Position numbers and translations under genes: made by a program
Part shown: positions 24,763 to 31,411 of the stretch, piece after piece
How positions within the stretch are numbered: position 1 is the first letter of the stretch
How the letters are laid out: each line of letters begins with the position of its first letter
Origin: a virus
Taxonomy: Duplodnaviria; Caudoviricetes
Direction: 5' to 3' (one strand)
Length of the DNA: 31,411 nt
Virus record (IMG/VR): IMGVR_UViG_3300031197_000008
Location: 1-31,411 of that record
The notes under the pieces: generated by a model
What the model saw: the letters and a program-made list of their open reading frames with translations, nothing else
The model's database searches: none
What the model was told of the DNA's origin: nothing

Positions 24763-26021
24763 TTGGAAATCAGGACGGGTTTCTTGCCGGTGGAATCCAG
24801 AAACCTTTGCAGAGTCACGGCCACGTAATCCGGCGAAATCTCCAAGCCGAAACAGCGACGCCCAAGGTTCTCGCAGGCAATTAGCGTTGTGCCTGATCCG
24901 AGGAATGGATCATAAACTGCATCGCCTTTTTTTGAATTGTTCCGAATCGGACGCGCCATGCACTCAATTGGTTTTTGAGTGGAATGGCCGGTCTCGGACT
25001 TTTGCGGCTTATCGATCTCCCAAAGCGTCGTCTGTGATCTATCGCCCGACCATTGCCCCCTTTTACATTTTCGGACGGCATACCAACAAGGCTCGTGTTG
25101 CCAGTGGTAGTCGCCGCGACCGATAGCGAAAGTGTTCTTTGCCCAAACGATCTGACATCTAATCTCGAAGCCTGCGATTTCAACCGAAGCCTGCACCCTG
25201 CTGGCATGCCGGTCGGCATGCCAGACATAAGCAACGTCCCCCGGAAACAACCTCCAAGCCTCCGTCCAGTCGCACTCGCTGTCGCCCGTGACCTTCCCTA
25301 CGGCGCGAGCGCCGTAGGGCTTTCCATTTGCGCGATCAGCCTCGTTGCGCCAGTTGGCATCGTATTCGACGCCATACGGCGGATCAGTTACCATTAGCAT
25401 GGGTTTTTCTTTGCCGAGCAGTCGCGCTACGTCTTCACCTTTGGTCGAGTCCCCACATAGCAGCCGATGCTCTCCAAGCTGCCAGAGTTGACCCGTCTTC
25501 GTTTTCCATTTCTTCGCGAGTTCCGCTGCATTGTCGATTTGAGGTTCAACATCAATGACGGGCTTGGGCAGCAACGAATTCAAATCAATCGGCAGCACCG
25601 TCAACTCTTTCAACTGATCCAGATCCAACATGGCCGTGTTGATAAACTCGCCCAGGCTCGCGTCCGTCATCTCGCCGTATTGCGAGTTGCACAAAAGGAT
25701 TTTCTCTTTCGCTTCCTTTTCATCCCGCGCCTCGATCCACACCACCGGCACGGGCGGCACCGTGTAACCTTCCTCGGAGAGACGGCGCAAAACTTTATCG
25801 CGCTGATGCGCGTCAATGATGAAAACCTTGCCCGCGTTTTTCCAAACGAAGAAAGGAAACGTCACGCCGTGCTTCAAGATCGACGCTTTCAGTTTCTTGA
25901 AATTGTCTTCCGGCAGACTTTTCAGATCACCTTGCAACGGCAGAAGTTTTTCCAGTGGGATCGTGGCCGCGCCCTCGCAGGTGATGCGGATTTCCGTTTT
26001 GGTTTTGCGATCGGGTTTCAT
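24759..26021 (-). CDS. ParB-like domain fused to N6-A/N4-C DNA methyltransferase (beta class)
   Basis: Start moved to ATG 26021 (420 aa). ParB-like IIDAHQR; catalytic TDPPY precedes HSTQKP and SAM-binding DPFLGSGTT. Confidence 0.92.
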   Translation of the reverse strand: MKPDRKTKTEIRITCEGAATIPLEKLLPLQGDLKSLPEDNFKKLKASILKHGVTFPFFVWKNAGKVFIIDAHQRDKVLRRLSEEGYTVPPVPVVWIEARDEKEAKEKILLCNSQYGEMTDASLGEFINTAMLDLDQLKELTVLPIDLNSLLPKPVIDVEPQIDNAAELAKKWKTKTGQLWQLGEHRLLCGDSTKGEDVARLLGKEKPMLMVTDPPYGVEYDANWRNEADRANGKPYGARAVGKVTGDSECDWTEAWRLFPGDVAYVWHADRHASRVQASVEIAGFEIRCQIVWAKNTFAIGRGDYHWQHEPCWYAVRKCKRGQWSGDRSQTTLWEIDKPQKSETGHSTQKPIECMARPIRNNSKKGDAVYDPFLGSGTTLIACENLGRRCFGLEISPDYVAVTLQRFLDSTGKKPVLISK

Positions 26022-26590
26022 CGTTCCCAAGGTTCTAAATACGCGACTCCGCAAATCTCAAAGAATGCTTTTTCTGAGGCGCACGGAATCACTGAGCCAT
26101 TTAAAATTTCCGTCAGCGCGTTGCCGTAAGCGTGAACCGCAATTCCGCGCTCCGCCGCCGATGCAATGAGCTTCAGATTTAGTTCTTTTGGTCCGGTGCG
26201 AATGACCAGCGAGCGCGACCAATTAGCTTCGTCGGTCTCACAAAAAAAATCCAACGGCATACCCGTAGCGCAATGAATCATCAGTTTGTTCTTCACGCCG
26301 AATGTCGTTCCACCGTTCACGTTCGGACGCAGTTCCAGGACGCCGGCCTTGATCCATTTCTGAATTTGTTCATCGACGAGAAAAACGGTTTCAGTCTCAA
26401 ACATATCACCGCGATCTTTCCGGTTTTCAGTCTTGGTGATATAAAGGATTTCCACGTCACCGATGAATTTCTTTCGCCGGCGCAATGAGCCAGCGATCAC
26501 GAGCCGATGGCACAGCGGTTTCAACACGTCGCAGATTTCTTTGGCAACGTGCAAGCCGAGAGCAGCAGGATATTTTTTCTTGTCAGTCAT
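26018..26590 (-). CDS. Minimal family X DNA polymerase (palm and thumb only)
   Basis: IAGSLRR....GDVEIL, LDFF, RTGPKELN and SE...F...G..YLEPWER PolX motifs in 190 aa. Confidence 0.88.
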   Translation of the reverse strand: MTDKKKYPAALGLHVAKEICDVLKPLCHRLVIAGSLRRRKKFIGDVEILYITKTENRKDRGDMFETETVFLVDEQIQKWIKAGVLELRPNVNGGTTFGVKNKLMIHCATGMPLDFFCETDEANWSRSLVIRTGPKELNLKLIASAAERGIAVHAYGNALTEILNGSVIPCASEKAFFEICGVAYLEPWER

Positions 26591-27323
26591 TTGTTGCCCA
26601 CCTGTTCAAAAGGTCTTGCAACCATGCGCCACGATTTGCGATTTGTTTGCCTTCGCGAATTTGCACGGTCAAATCCGCAAGGCCGCGATCCACCAGGCTG
26701 GGAAATTTCCGCACCCAGTTCGCCCGCCAATGCCCGCCGGCCCGGGCCATTTCGTCTTCGCCCAACGCTTCCCGCAGCCGTCCCATCAGTTCCTTTTCGA
26801 CAGAGCGATTAGGCGATGAACGTTGAACGATTAACGGCTGGCCGTTGGTGTCCGGCGGCCCGGTGGCATCGTTTAAACGCTCTGCTTTGCGTTGTAAGTT
26901 TAGTCGTGTATCGTAAGAGCAATGCTTGAAGGATGCTTGAAGGATGCTTGAAGCATTGCTTGAAGCATCAACTTTCAGTTTTTTCCAACGCGCTTGAGAT
27001 GCGAGACTTGCACGTTTTTTGTAAGCGACCAGGTGGCCTTGCCACTTCAACCAGTTCGTCATTCGCCATTTTCCGGCCCGTTGTTCCATCCATTCGCATT
27101 TGACCATTGCCGGCAACATTTGACCCGGTTTACCCCACCATCCGGCCAGCGTCTCGATCTCCTCTTCCATGTAGTCGGCCAGCGAACCCGTGTCGCTGTG
27201 GAACTTACCGCAGTAGGTCCACAATCGCAGAGGTAATAGCTCCGCTCCATGTCCCAAGAGGCCAACCAGACGTTTGGTCTGCCGATGATCGAAGTAATCC
27301 AAGTCAAGGTTTATTGACGGCAT
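26583..27323 (-). CDS. Phage replication initiator / replisome organiser
   Basis: N-terminal winged-helix-like domain (LDYFDH.....L...LG......L.LW), low-complexity linker encoded by iterons, helical C-terminal domain. Confidence 0.72.
   Translation of the reverse strand: MPSINLDLDYFDHRQTKRLVGLLGHGAELLPLRLWTYCGKFHSDTGSLADYMEEEIETLAGWWGKPGQMLPAMVKCEWMEQRAGKWRMTNWLKWQGHLVAYKKRASLASQARWKKLKVDASSNASSILQASFKHCSYDTRLNLQRKAERLNDATGPPDTNGQPLIVQRSSPNRSVEKELMGRLREALGEDEMARAGGHWRANWVRKFPSLVDRGLADLTVQIREGKQIANRGAWLQDLLNRWATND
26923..26965. repeat. Iterons, putative replication origin
   Basis: TGCTTGAAG at 26923, 26934, 26945 and 26957 (spacing 11, 11, 12) inside the initiator gene. Confidence 0.75.
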
Positions 27324-28324
27324 TATTGGTCAGCATTTTGTTTACCCGGCATCAACGCTTCCGGGATGGGAAAAATCAGTGCGCTATCTAATGGACTGGA
27401 AACACTCAACGCCTCCGCGTGAAGATAGCCCATTGTTGTTTCCAGTTGGCTGTGACCCATCGCCAGTTGAATCGCGCGCGGATTCTCTCCGGAGTTCAGG
27501 CAATGTGTCGCATAGGCATGGCGAAGATGATGCGGAGTAATATCCAGCCCAAGCGGTCGGGCCGCTTTTCGGACGCATCGCTGGATATTCGCCTCATGGA
27601 TTCGCCACCGCACGACCTGTCCGCGAAACTCGCAGGGCCGATGCGCCGGGAAAAGAAACGCCCATTTCGGTGAGAACTGCCAATGCGGATACTTCGTCGC
27701 CAGCAACCCAGGCAGCTTGACTGGCAGTTTCGCAAGACGATCTTTTTCGCCGACCGACTTCGCATAATCCAGTTGTGCCCGAAGCTCCGATACCAGCGAA
27801 CACGGGATGGCCACGAACCGATCCTTGCCCCCCTTCGCCCCGCTCAGCACCAGCTTTGAATCCGCCAACAATACATCTTTGACGCGCAAGTTCAGCGGCT
27901 CCGTCACGCGCAGGCCGCAGCCATAAATCAGCTTCACGATCAACGACGTTGGATAATCAGACTCATCCTTCAACGCGCCAATCATGGCCATGACTTCATA
28001 TCGTTCCGGTGCATAACGCAGATGCACTTCCTTTTTGGCCCGCAACGAATCTATCTTGCCAATTTCGACCTTCAAAACCTCGCGATAGAAGAATAGCAGG
28101 GCACAAAACGCCTGATTCTGCGTAGATGCGGAAACATCCTGCCTGGTTAACTGAGTTAGGAAGCCTTCCATCTTTTGTTCTGGCTTCTCATTAGGCTGGC
28201 AACGCTCGGAAACAAAGCGACCAAAGCGTGCTATCCACTGGCAATAATTCTCCTCCGTCGCTTGGGCTAAATGCTTGCGACGGATTATATCCCGCGTGGC
28301 TTGTATAGCAGATTCCAGTTTCAT
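27323..28324 (-). CDS. intI: Integron integrase (IntI-family tyrosine recombinase)
   Basis: SAM-like N-terminus (TEENY..WI.RF; VSASTQNQA..ALLFFY), catalytic YGCGLR, KGGKDR, HHLRH, MGH, TTMGY, the IntI-specific insert LPGLLATKYP...W.FLFP and C-terminal SPLD. Confidence 0.93.
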   Translation of the reverse strand: MKLESAIQATRDIIRRKHLAQATEENYCQWIARFGRFVSERCQPNEKPEQKMEGFLTQLTRQDVSASTQNQAFCALLFFYREVLKVEIGKIDSLRAKKEVHLRYAPERYEVMAMIGALKDESDYPTSLIVKLIYGCGLRVTEPLNLRVKDVLLADSKLVLSGAKGGKDRFVAIPCSLVSELRAQLDYAKSVGEKDRLAKLPVKLPGLLATKYPHWQFSPKWAFLFPAHRPCEFRGQVVRWRIHEANIQRCVRKAARPLGLDITPHHLRHAYATHCLNSGENPRAIQLAMGHSQLETTMGYLHAEALSVSSPLDSALIFPIPEALMPGKQNADQ

Positions 28325-28371
28325 ATTAAGCGAACGATTAAGGTTTTGAAGTTGCAGAATCCTCGTTCTCC
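28325..28371 (+). other. Putative attI site, crossover G28365^TT
   Basis: GTTCTCCATCA (28365-28375) is the exact reverse complement of TGATGGAGAAC at the R'' end of the first attC. No full attC left arm lies upstream. The extent of the site is uncertain. Confidence 0.75.
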
Positions 28372-28652
28372 ATCAAGATTCGCTCGCGGCGCTCTAAATA
28401 GACGATGCCGATGACGCGGTTGCTGTCCTCCTCGCGGGCGATGCGCCAGCCTTCATCGGGATTGCCGGGGATGCCTTGTTTCCGCAGGATTGCGTCAGCT
28501 TCCGCGTAGGTGCAGAGCTTCAGTTCGAGACGCCGATACCGTTTGAAGATTCGATAGTAGAGGCTTTTCAGCGTTCGCACCAATGATGGAGAACCAATCA
28601 GTGCAGCAGACGGCATTTTGGCGCTCAATTGAGGAGGCGTGTTGGTAGTCAT
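28338..28652 (-). CDS. Cassette 1 hypothetical protein
   Basis: Start moved to ATG 28652 inside the attC loop (104 aa); stop lies beyond the attI crossover. Confidence 0.65.
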   Translation of the reverse strand: MTTNTPPQLSAKMPSAALIGSPSLVRTLKSLYYRIFKRYRRLELKLCTYAEADAILRKQGIPGNPDEGWRIAREEDSNRVIGIVYLERRERILMENEDSATSKP

Positions 28653-28705
28653 AAATTCAGTCGTTTTTCGGAAGCGCGTTCCCGGTGCCGCTGCTGAATT
28701 CCTCG
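28366..28705 (+). mobile_element. Gene cassette 1 (340 bp)
   Basis: Bounded by G^TT crossovers; 11-bp complementarity between the cassette start and its own R''. Confidence 0.85.
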
Positions 28706-28711
28706 TTATGA
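28588..28711 (+). other. attC site 1 (124 bp)
   Basis: GGAGAAC-CAATC-AGT[G]CAGCAG[A]CGGCA ... TGCCGCTGCTGAAT-TCCTC-GTTATGA: 5-nt spacers and two unpaired bases on the left arm. Confidence 0.9.
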
Positions 28712-29032
28712 TGCTTGCCCTATCGCCATGCAGAGCGTTCCGGTTTGGTGGTCGCCGATACCGCCGACAGTTCCGCCGCACCAGATTTCCCACGGACGCG
28801 GCCAGTAGGGGACGTTGCGCTCGATGATGATTGGCGCGGGATAGGGCGGCCACGGGAACGGCGTGGTTTTCGGATTGTCCTTTTCCCATTGCTCCTTGAA
28901 TTTTTGCAGTTCGGTTTTCTCGATCTCGAACAGCTTGTTGAGTTCAGCTTGCACTTCGCGGGCTTCCGCCGCCGTGAGTTCGATGTCACGGCCTTTGAGT
29001 TGCAGTTTTATTTTCGTGATTTCAGTTTTCAT
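28706..29032 (-). CDS. Cassette 2 hypothetical protein (Pro/Trp-rich C-terminus)
   Basis: 108 aa; TAA stop coincides with the TTA of the R' box at 28706. Confidence 0.75.
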   Translation of the reverse strand: MKTEITKIKLQLKGRDIELTAAEAREVQAELNKLFEIEKTELQKFKEQWEKDNPKTTPFPWPPYPAPIIIERNVPYWPRPWEIWCGGTVGGIGDHQTGTLCMAIGQAS

Positions 29033-29148
29033 ATTTGTGTTGAGATTGACGCATCATAACCCGTCACTGCTGCGAATCGGACGGGGCGCACTGAGCCTCA
29101 CCCGATGCCGACGCCTTCTCTCGCCCCGCCGATTCGCAGAGTTCCACG
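28706..29148 (+). mobile_element. Gene cassette 2 (443 bp)
   Basis: GTTATGATGC (28705-28714) is complementary to GCATCATAAC (29051-29060). Confidence 0.85.
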
Positions 29149-29154
29149 TTCGGC
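29054..29154 (+). other. attC site 2 (101 bp)
   Basis: TCATAAC-CCGTC-ACT[G]CTGCGAATCGG[A]CGGGGCG ... CGCCCCGCCGATTCGCAGAGT-TCCAC-GTTCGGC. Confidence 0.92.
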
Positions 29155-29489
29155 ATCTCATGCGCCGCGTTGCTGATAGCCTCATGCCACTGCTTCGGAA
29201 TGAAGCCGAGACGGGCAGCTTCTACACCGAGTTCATCACGGATTCGCATTGCGTTCTTCATGCAGGCAGACCGCTCGTCAGGCATCACCGGGATTGCGAT
29301 GCCGCGCTTGTCTCTGGCCTTGCAGTGGATTTGGTCGAAGCGTTCCGTGCGCTCATGATATTCACGCGCCAGTTCACGCAGTTGCTTTTCCTCCGGGCTT
29401 GGCGTCCACGGCACTCCGAGATATTCACGTTGGAATGCCGAACCACTTGCTGCTGCCAACCCCGCTTCCGTTTTACGTTCGTTGCTCAT
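29064..29489 (-). CDS. Cassette 3 hypothetical protein
   Basis: 141 aa; starts inside the attC3 loop and reads through almost all of attC2. Confidence 0.7.
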   Translation of the reverse strand: MSNERKTEAGLAAASGSAFQREYLGVPWTPSPEEKQLRELAREYHERTERFDQIHCKARDKRGIAIPVMPDERSACMKNAMRIRDELGVEAARLGFIPKQWHEAISNAAHEMPNVELCESAGREKASASGEAQCAPSDSQQ

Positions 29490-29552
29490 AGTTGATTCGA
29501 TTGTTTGCCGTGCGCTCCACCCGCGTCCTCGGCGGGGTGGCAGAGCGCGACG
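29149..29552 (+). mobile_element. Gene cassette 3 (404 bp)
   Basis: GTTCGGCAT (29148-29156) is complementary to ATGCCGAAC (29435-29443). Confidence 0.85.
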
Positions 29553-29558
29553 TTAGCA
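29437..29558 (+). other. attC site 3 (122 bp)
   Basis: GCCGAAC-CACTT-GCT[G]CTGCC[A]ACCCCGC ... GCGGGGTGGCAGAGC-GCGAC-GTTAGCA. Confidence 0.92.
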
Positions 29559-29891
29559 GGTTTCAATTTCCTCAATTGTTGGCGTCCACACCTTGCGACC
29601 GCCGCGCGGGCCGCGTTTGGCCCAGCCGATGAGCACCACGCGCCGATCTGGCGGGCAATGCACGATGCCCACATTCGGTTCGTTGCGCAGTTTGGTTCGC
29701 CGCGCGGACAGACTCGCCGAAGCGCACGCCTGGATATAAAGTGATTCATCCCCGCGAATGGCCACGATGTCACAGAAACCGAACAGGTCGCAGCGATGAC
29801 CCGGCGGCGGGAAGCGCACGAACTTTTCCACGATGCCGCAGAGCCAGCCTTCGCCACGGAATTTCTTCAAAGTGAGTTGGGTTGGACTCAT
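29553..29891 (-). CDS. PD-(D/E)XK-like nuclease / Holliday junction resolvase-like protein, putative
   Basis: Start moved to ATG 29891 (112 aa); L...GW...VE...DLFGFCDIVAI......IQ pattern; stop lies in the last R' box. Confidence 0.55.
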   Translation of the reverse strand: MSPTQLTLKKFRGEGWLCGIVEKFVRFPPPGHRCDLFGFCDIVAIRGDESLYIQACASASLSARRTKLRNEPNVGIVHCPPDRRVVLIGWAKRGPRGGRKVWTPTIEEIETC

Positions 29892-30112
29892 TTCTTGCGA
29901 GTTTTCCGTTTGGTGTTGCGTTGAATAGCGTCGAGCTTTTGCGGGATTCTCAAAAAGTTGTGGCAATGAAGAACGGAGTTTATCCCTTTTAGTTCATCCC
30001 GAATGTCCATTAGCAGCGCCACTTGGATTGACACCCACTGGTGCGATGCGCTGCCATCAACATTTCGGACGCCTTCGGGAAGTCTCCAATCAATGTCTTT
30101 ATGTCTCGCCAT
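29888..30112 (-). CDS. Hypothetical protein
   Basis: 74 aa; ATGA overlap with the nuclease gene. Confidence 0.7.
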   Translation of the reverse strand: MARHKDIDWRLPEGVRNVDGSASHQWVSIQVALLMDIRDELKGINSVLHCHNFLRIPQKLDAIQRNTKRKTRKK

Positions 30113-30115
30113 AGG

Positions 30116-30307
30116 TCATCTCAATTTTTCCCAAAACTTTTGATGCCAGAGTTCCGTTCGCAAAATGCCGTCGCGTTTGACGCTCAAATAATCCGATTCA
30201 ATTATTTTAACGACGGTTCCAATCCGGCGCTTGCATGGTCCATCCAGCCCCATGCGAAGTGCCCTATTGGACATCTGCACGCGGTCGCCGGGCTTGAAGG
30301 TTTTCAT
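30116..30307 (-). CDS. Small SH3/KOW-like hypothetical protein
   Basis: FKPGDRV...GTVVKI pattern, 63 aa. Confidence 0.65.
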   Translation of the reverse strand: MKTFKPGDRVQMSNRALRMGLDGPCKRRIGTVVKIIESDYLSVKRDGILRTELWHQKFWEKLR

Positions 30308-30549
30308 TTTAGCTTCTGAACCTTGATGCCGTCCCTGGCATCGGTGTGTTTCCGCTCGAAACGGTATTGCCCCACGCGAATGAATTGCTTGCCGGATTCG
30401 TCAAGCTCCGCCACCAAAGCGAGCATGGCCTTGGCTTTGTCGGTTTGCGCAGCGTCGAGTTCTTCCAACGCATCGCGGAAAGTTTCAGCGGCTTTGCCGA
30501 GCACAGTCGCTTCCACTTTCAAAAGTTCAGGTTGTGCTTTGCTTTTCAT
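30304..30549 (-). CDS. Hypothetical protein
   Basis: Start moved to ATG 30549 (81 aa, MKSKAQPELL...); ATGA overlap downstream. Confidence 0.65.
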   Translation of the reverse strand: MKSKAQPELLKVEATVLGKAAETFRDALEELDAAQTDKAKAMLALVAELDESGKQFIRVGQYRFERKHTDARDGIKVQKLK

Positions 30550-30736
30550 TGTTGAAATAAGTTCGGATCGTCCGCCGGGCCTCGGCGCCGCACTCGGCTT
30601 TGATGAGACGCCCAGCGATGTCCCGCACGAGGACGACGGTGGTAAAGCGGTCCCGGCTTTTCGCGCCGTTTGGAAACTCAGCCACCTTGCGATAATTCCC
30701 ATCCTCGCACGCGCGATATTCCTGGCCGATGCTCAT
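30527..30736 (-). CDS. Hypothetical protein
   Basis: Start moved to ATG 30736 (69 aa), ATGA overlap with the upstream gene. Confidence 0.55.
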   Translation of the reverse strand: MSIGQEYRACEDGNYRKVAEFPNGAKSRDRFTTVVLVRDIAGRLIKAECGAEARRTIRTYFNNEKQSTT

Positions 30737-31359
30737 TGAAGGCTGCCGGCGTTTTGGATCAAACCTGCCTCGCACTTTCTCAATTCGGGAAGCGCCGCAT
30801 CCAGCTTCGCCGCGCGCAATCCATATTGTCGGGCGGTTGGAATATCACCCTCAGTGATCAATTTTTCCTTTTCCGCTTTGAGTGACGCGCTGGCGAAGAT
30901 AATTCCCGCGACCATCCGGCGGTAAAGTGGCACGGGGCCAAAGACCAGGGCCAGCGCGGCTTCGGCCGGCGCAGCCGCATCCAGTAATTCACCCGCGCCT
31001 GCGCGATCAGCGGCGGCGGCAGCGGCATCCCGTTCCACCTGCGCGAAGTGCTCGGCGAGCGCGTCGATTTCCTCCGCGTGAATTTGTTCGATGGTCTTGC
31101 CATCGGCATTTTGAAATGATGTCGTTGGCAACGGCGGCGCAACCCATCCCGGCGGCACGGGCAGTCCGGCGGGTTCACCTTGGACACCGCCGCCCGGAGG
31201 TCCATCCGCTGGCGTGACGCCGGGTGTGCCCGTGGTGTTAGTGCCGAGTATATCGCCCGTGCCCGATGCGTTCGGATCAAGATTTTGTCCGGCTGGGGCC
31301 GGTGTTCCAGTTGATGAGCCTTGCGGCGCATCCGCGATTCTGAGGATTTTGGTATTCAT
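30733..31359 (-). CDS. Hypothetical protein with Pro/Gly/Thr-rich N-terminus
   Basis: ATG 31359 follows an A-rich leader; 208 aa, disordered N-half and helical C-half. Confidence 0.65.
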   Translation of the reverse strand: MNTKILRIADAPQGSSTGTPAPAGQNLDPNASGTGDILGTNTTGTPGVTPADGPPGGGVQGEPAGLPVPPGWVAPPLPTTSFQNADGKTIEQIHAEEIDALAEHFAQVERDAAAAAADRAGAGELLDAAAPAEAALALVFGPVPLYRRMVAGIIFASASLKAEKEKLITEGDIPTARQYGLRAAKLDAALPELRKCEAGLIQNAGSLQ

Positions 31360-31411
31360 TGTTTTGGTTTTGTTGGTTGCGTTAAATTTGCTTTCTTCCA
31401 CGCCCGCGCTT

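Larger units (their letters stand above)
27323..29558. mobile_element. Integron (intI, attI and three cassettes) embedded in the phage
   Basis: IntI with an adjacent upstream array of three attC sites in canonical position and polarity relative to intI. Confidence 0.9.
1..31411 (-). mobile_element. Tailed dsDNA phage or prophage segment (lambda-type terminase/portal, siphovirus-like tail)
   Basis: Co-directional terminase, portal, S49 protease, capsid, tail and replication genes with many overlapping stop/start codons. No host housekeeping genes and no phage ends are visible. Confidence 0.97.

Noticed and set aside
24759-26021. Restriction-modification system
   Set aside because: No adjacent restriction endonuclease; ParB-methyltransferase fusions upstream of terminase genes are common orphans in phages.
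27323-28324. Ordinary prophage integrase or XerC/D
   Set aside because: It has the IntI-specific insert and adjacent attC sites, and lies inside the replication operon rather than at a prophage boundary.
26825-28341. GAACGATTAA present both near the iterons and just upstream of intI
   Set aside because: Only two copies of a 10-mer, which is compatible with chance in 31 kb.
28715-29059. Plus-strand 114 aa ORF in canonical cassette position with its stop in R''
   Set aside because: It is the antisense shadow of the minus-strand 108 aa gene, has a TTG start and shadow-like composition, and its TAA simply mirrors the complementary R box. Not fully excluded without expression data.
28588-29558. 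CRISPR array or terminators as explanation for the hairpins
   Set aside because: The hairpins differ in primary sequence, are separated by gene-sized intervals and lack U-tracts; no cas genes are present.
29559-31411. Further cassettes beyond attC3
   Set aside because: I found no CCTGCTAAC-type complement of the last R' and no further attC-shaped hairpin by eye; the genes there overlap like normal phage operon genes.

Overview
The whole window is part of a tailed dsDNA (pro)phage with lambda-type packaging and a siphovirus-like tail, with almost all genes on the minus strand. Read right to left it contains small early genes, a putative nuclease, an integron, a replication initiator with internal iterons, a minimal PolX, a ParB-methyltransferase, small and large terminase subunits, a short plus-strand regulatory operon, gpW-like adaptor, lambda-type portal, a beta-rich structural module with an HNH gene, S49 protease, scaffold, major capsid, neck/tail genes, a short tape measure and a tail-fibre-like gene cut by the window edge. 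The main finding is a complete integron inside the early/replication operon: an IntI-family integrase (27323-28324), a putative attI crossover at 28365/28366 and three cassettes closed by well-formed attC sites (28588-28711, 29054-29154, 29437-29558). All cassette ORFs are antisense to the canonical orientation, so they run with the phage transcript and with intI, and two of them start inside attC loops and end beyond their own cassette. Other notable signals are a GTTGACT motif 13-16 nt upstream of seven late-gene starts and three virion-type proteins with signal peptides. Annotations come from motif recognition by eye; no database searches were run.
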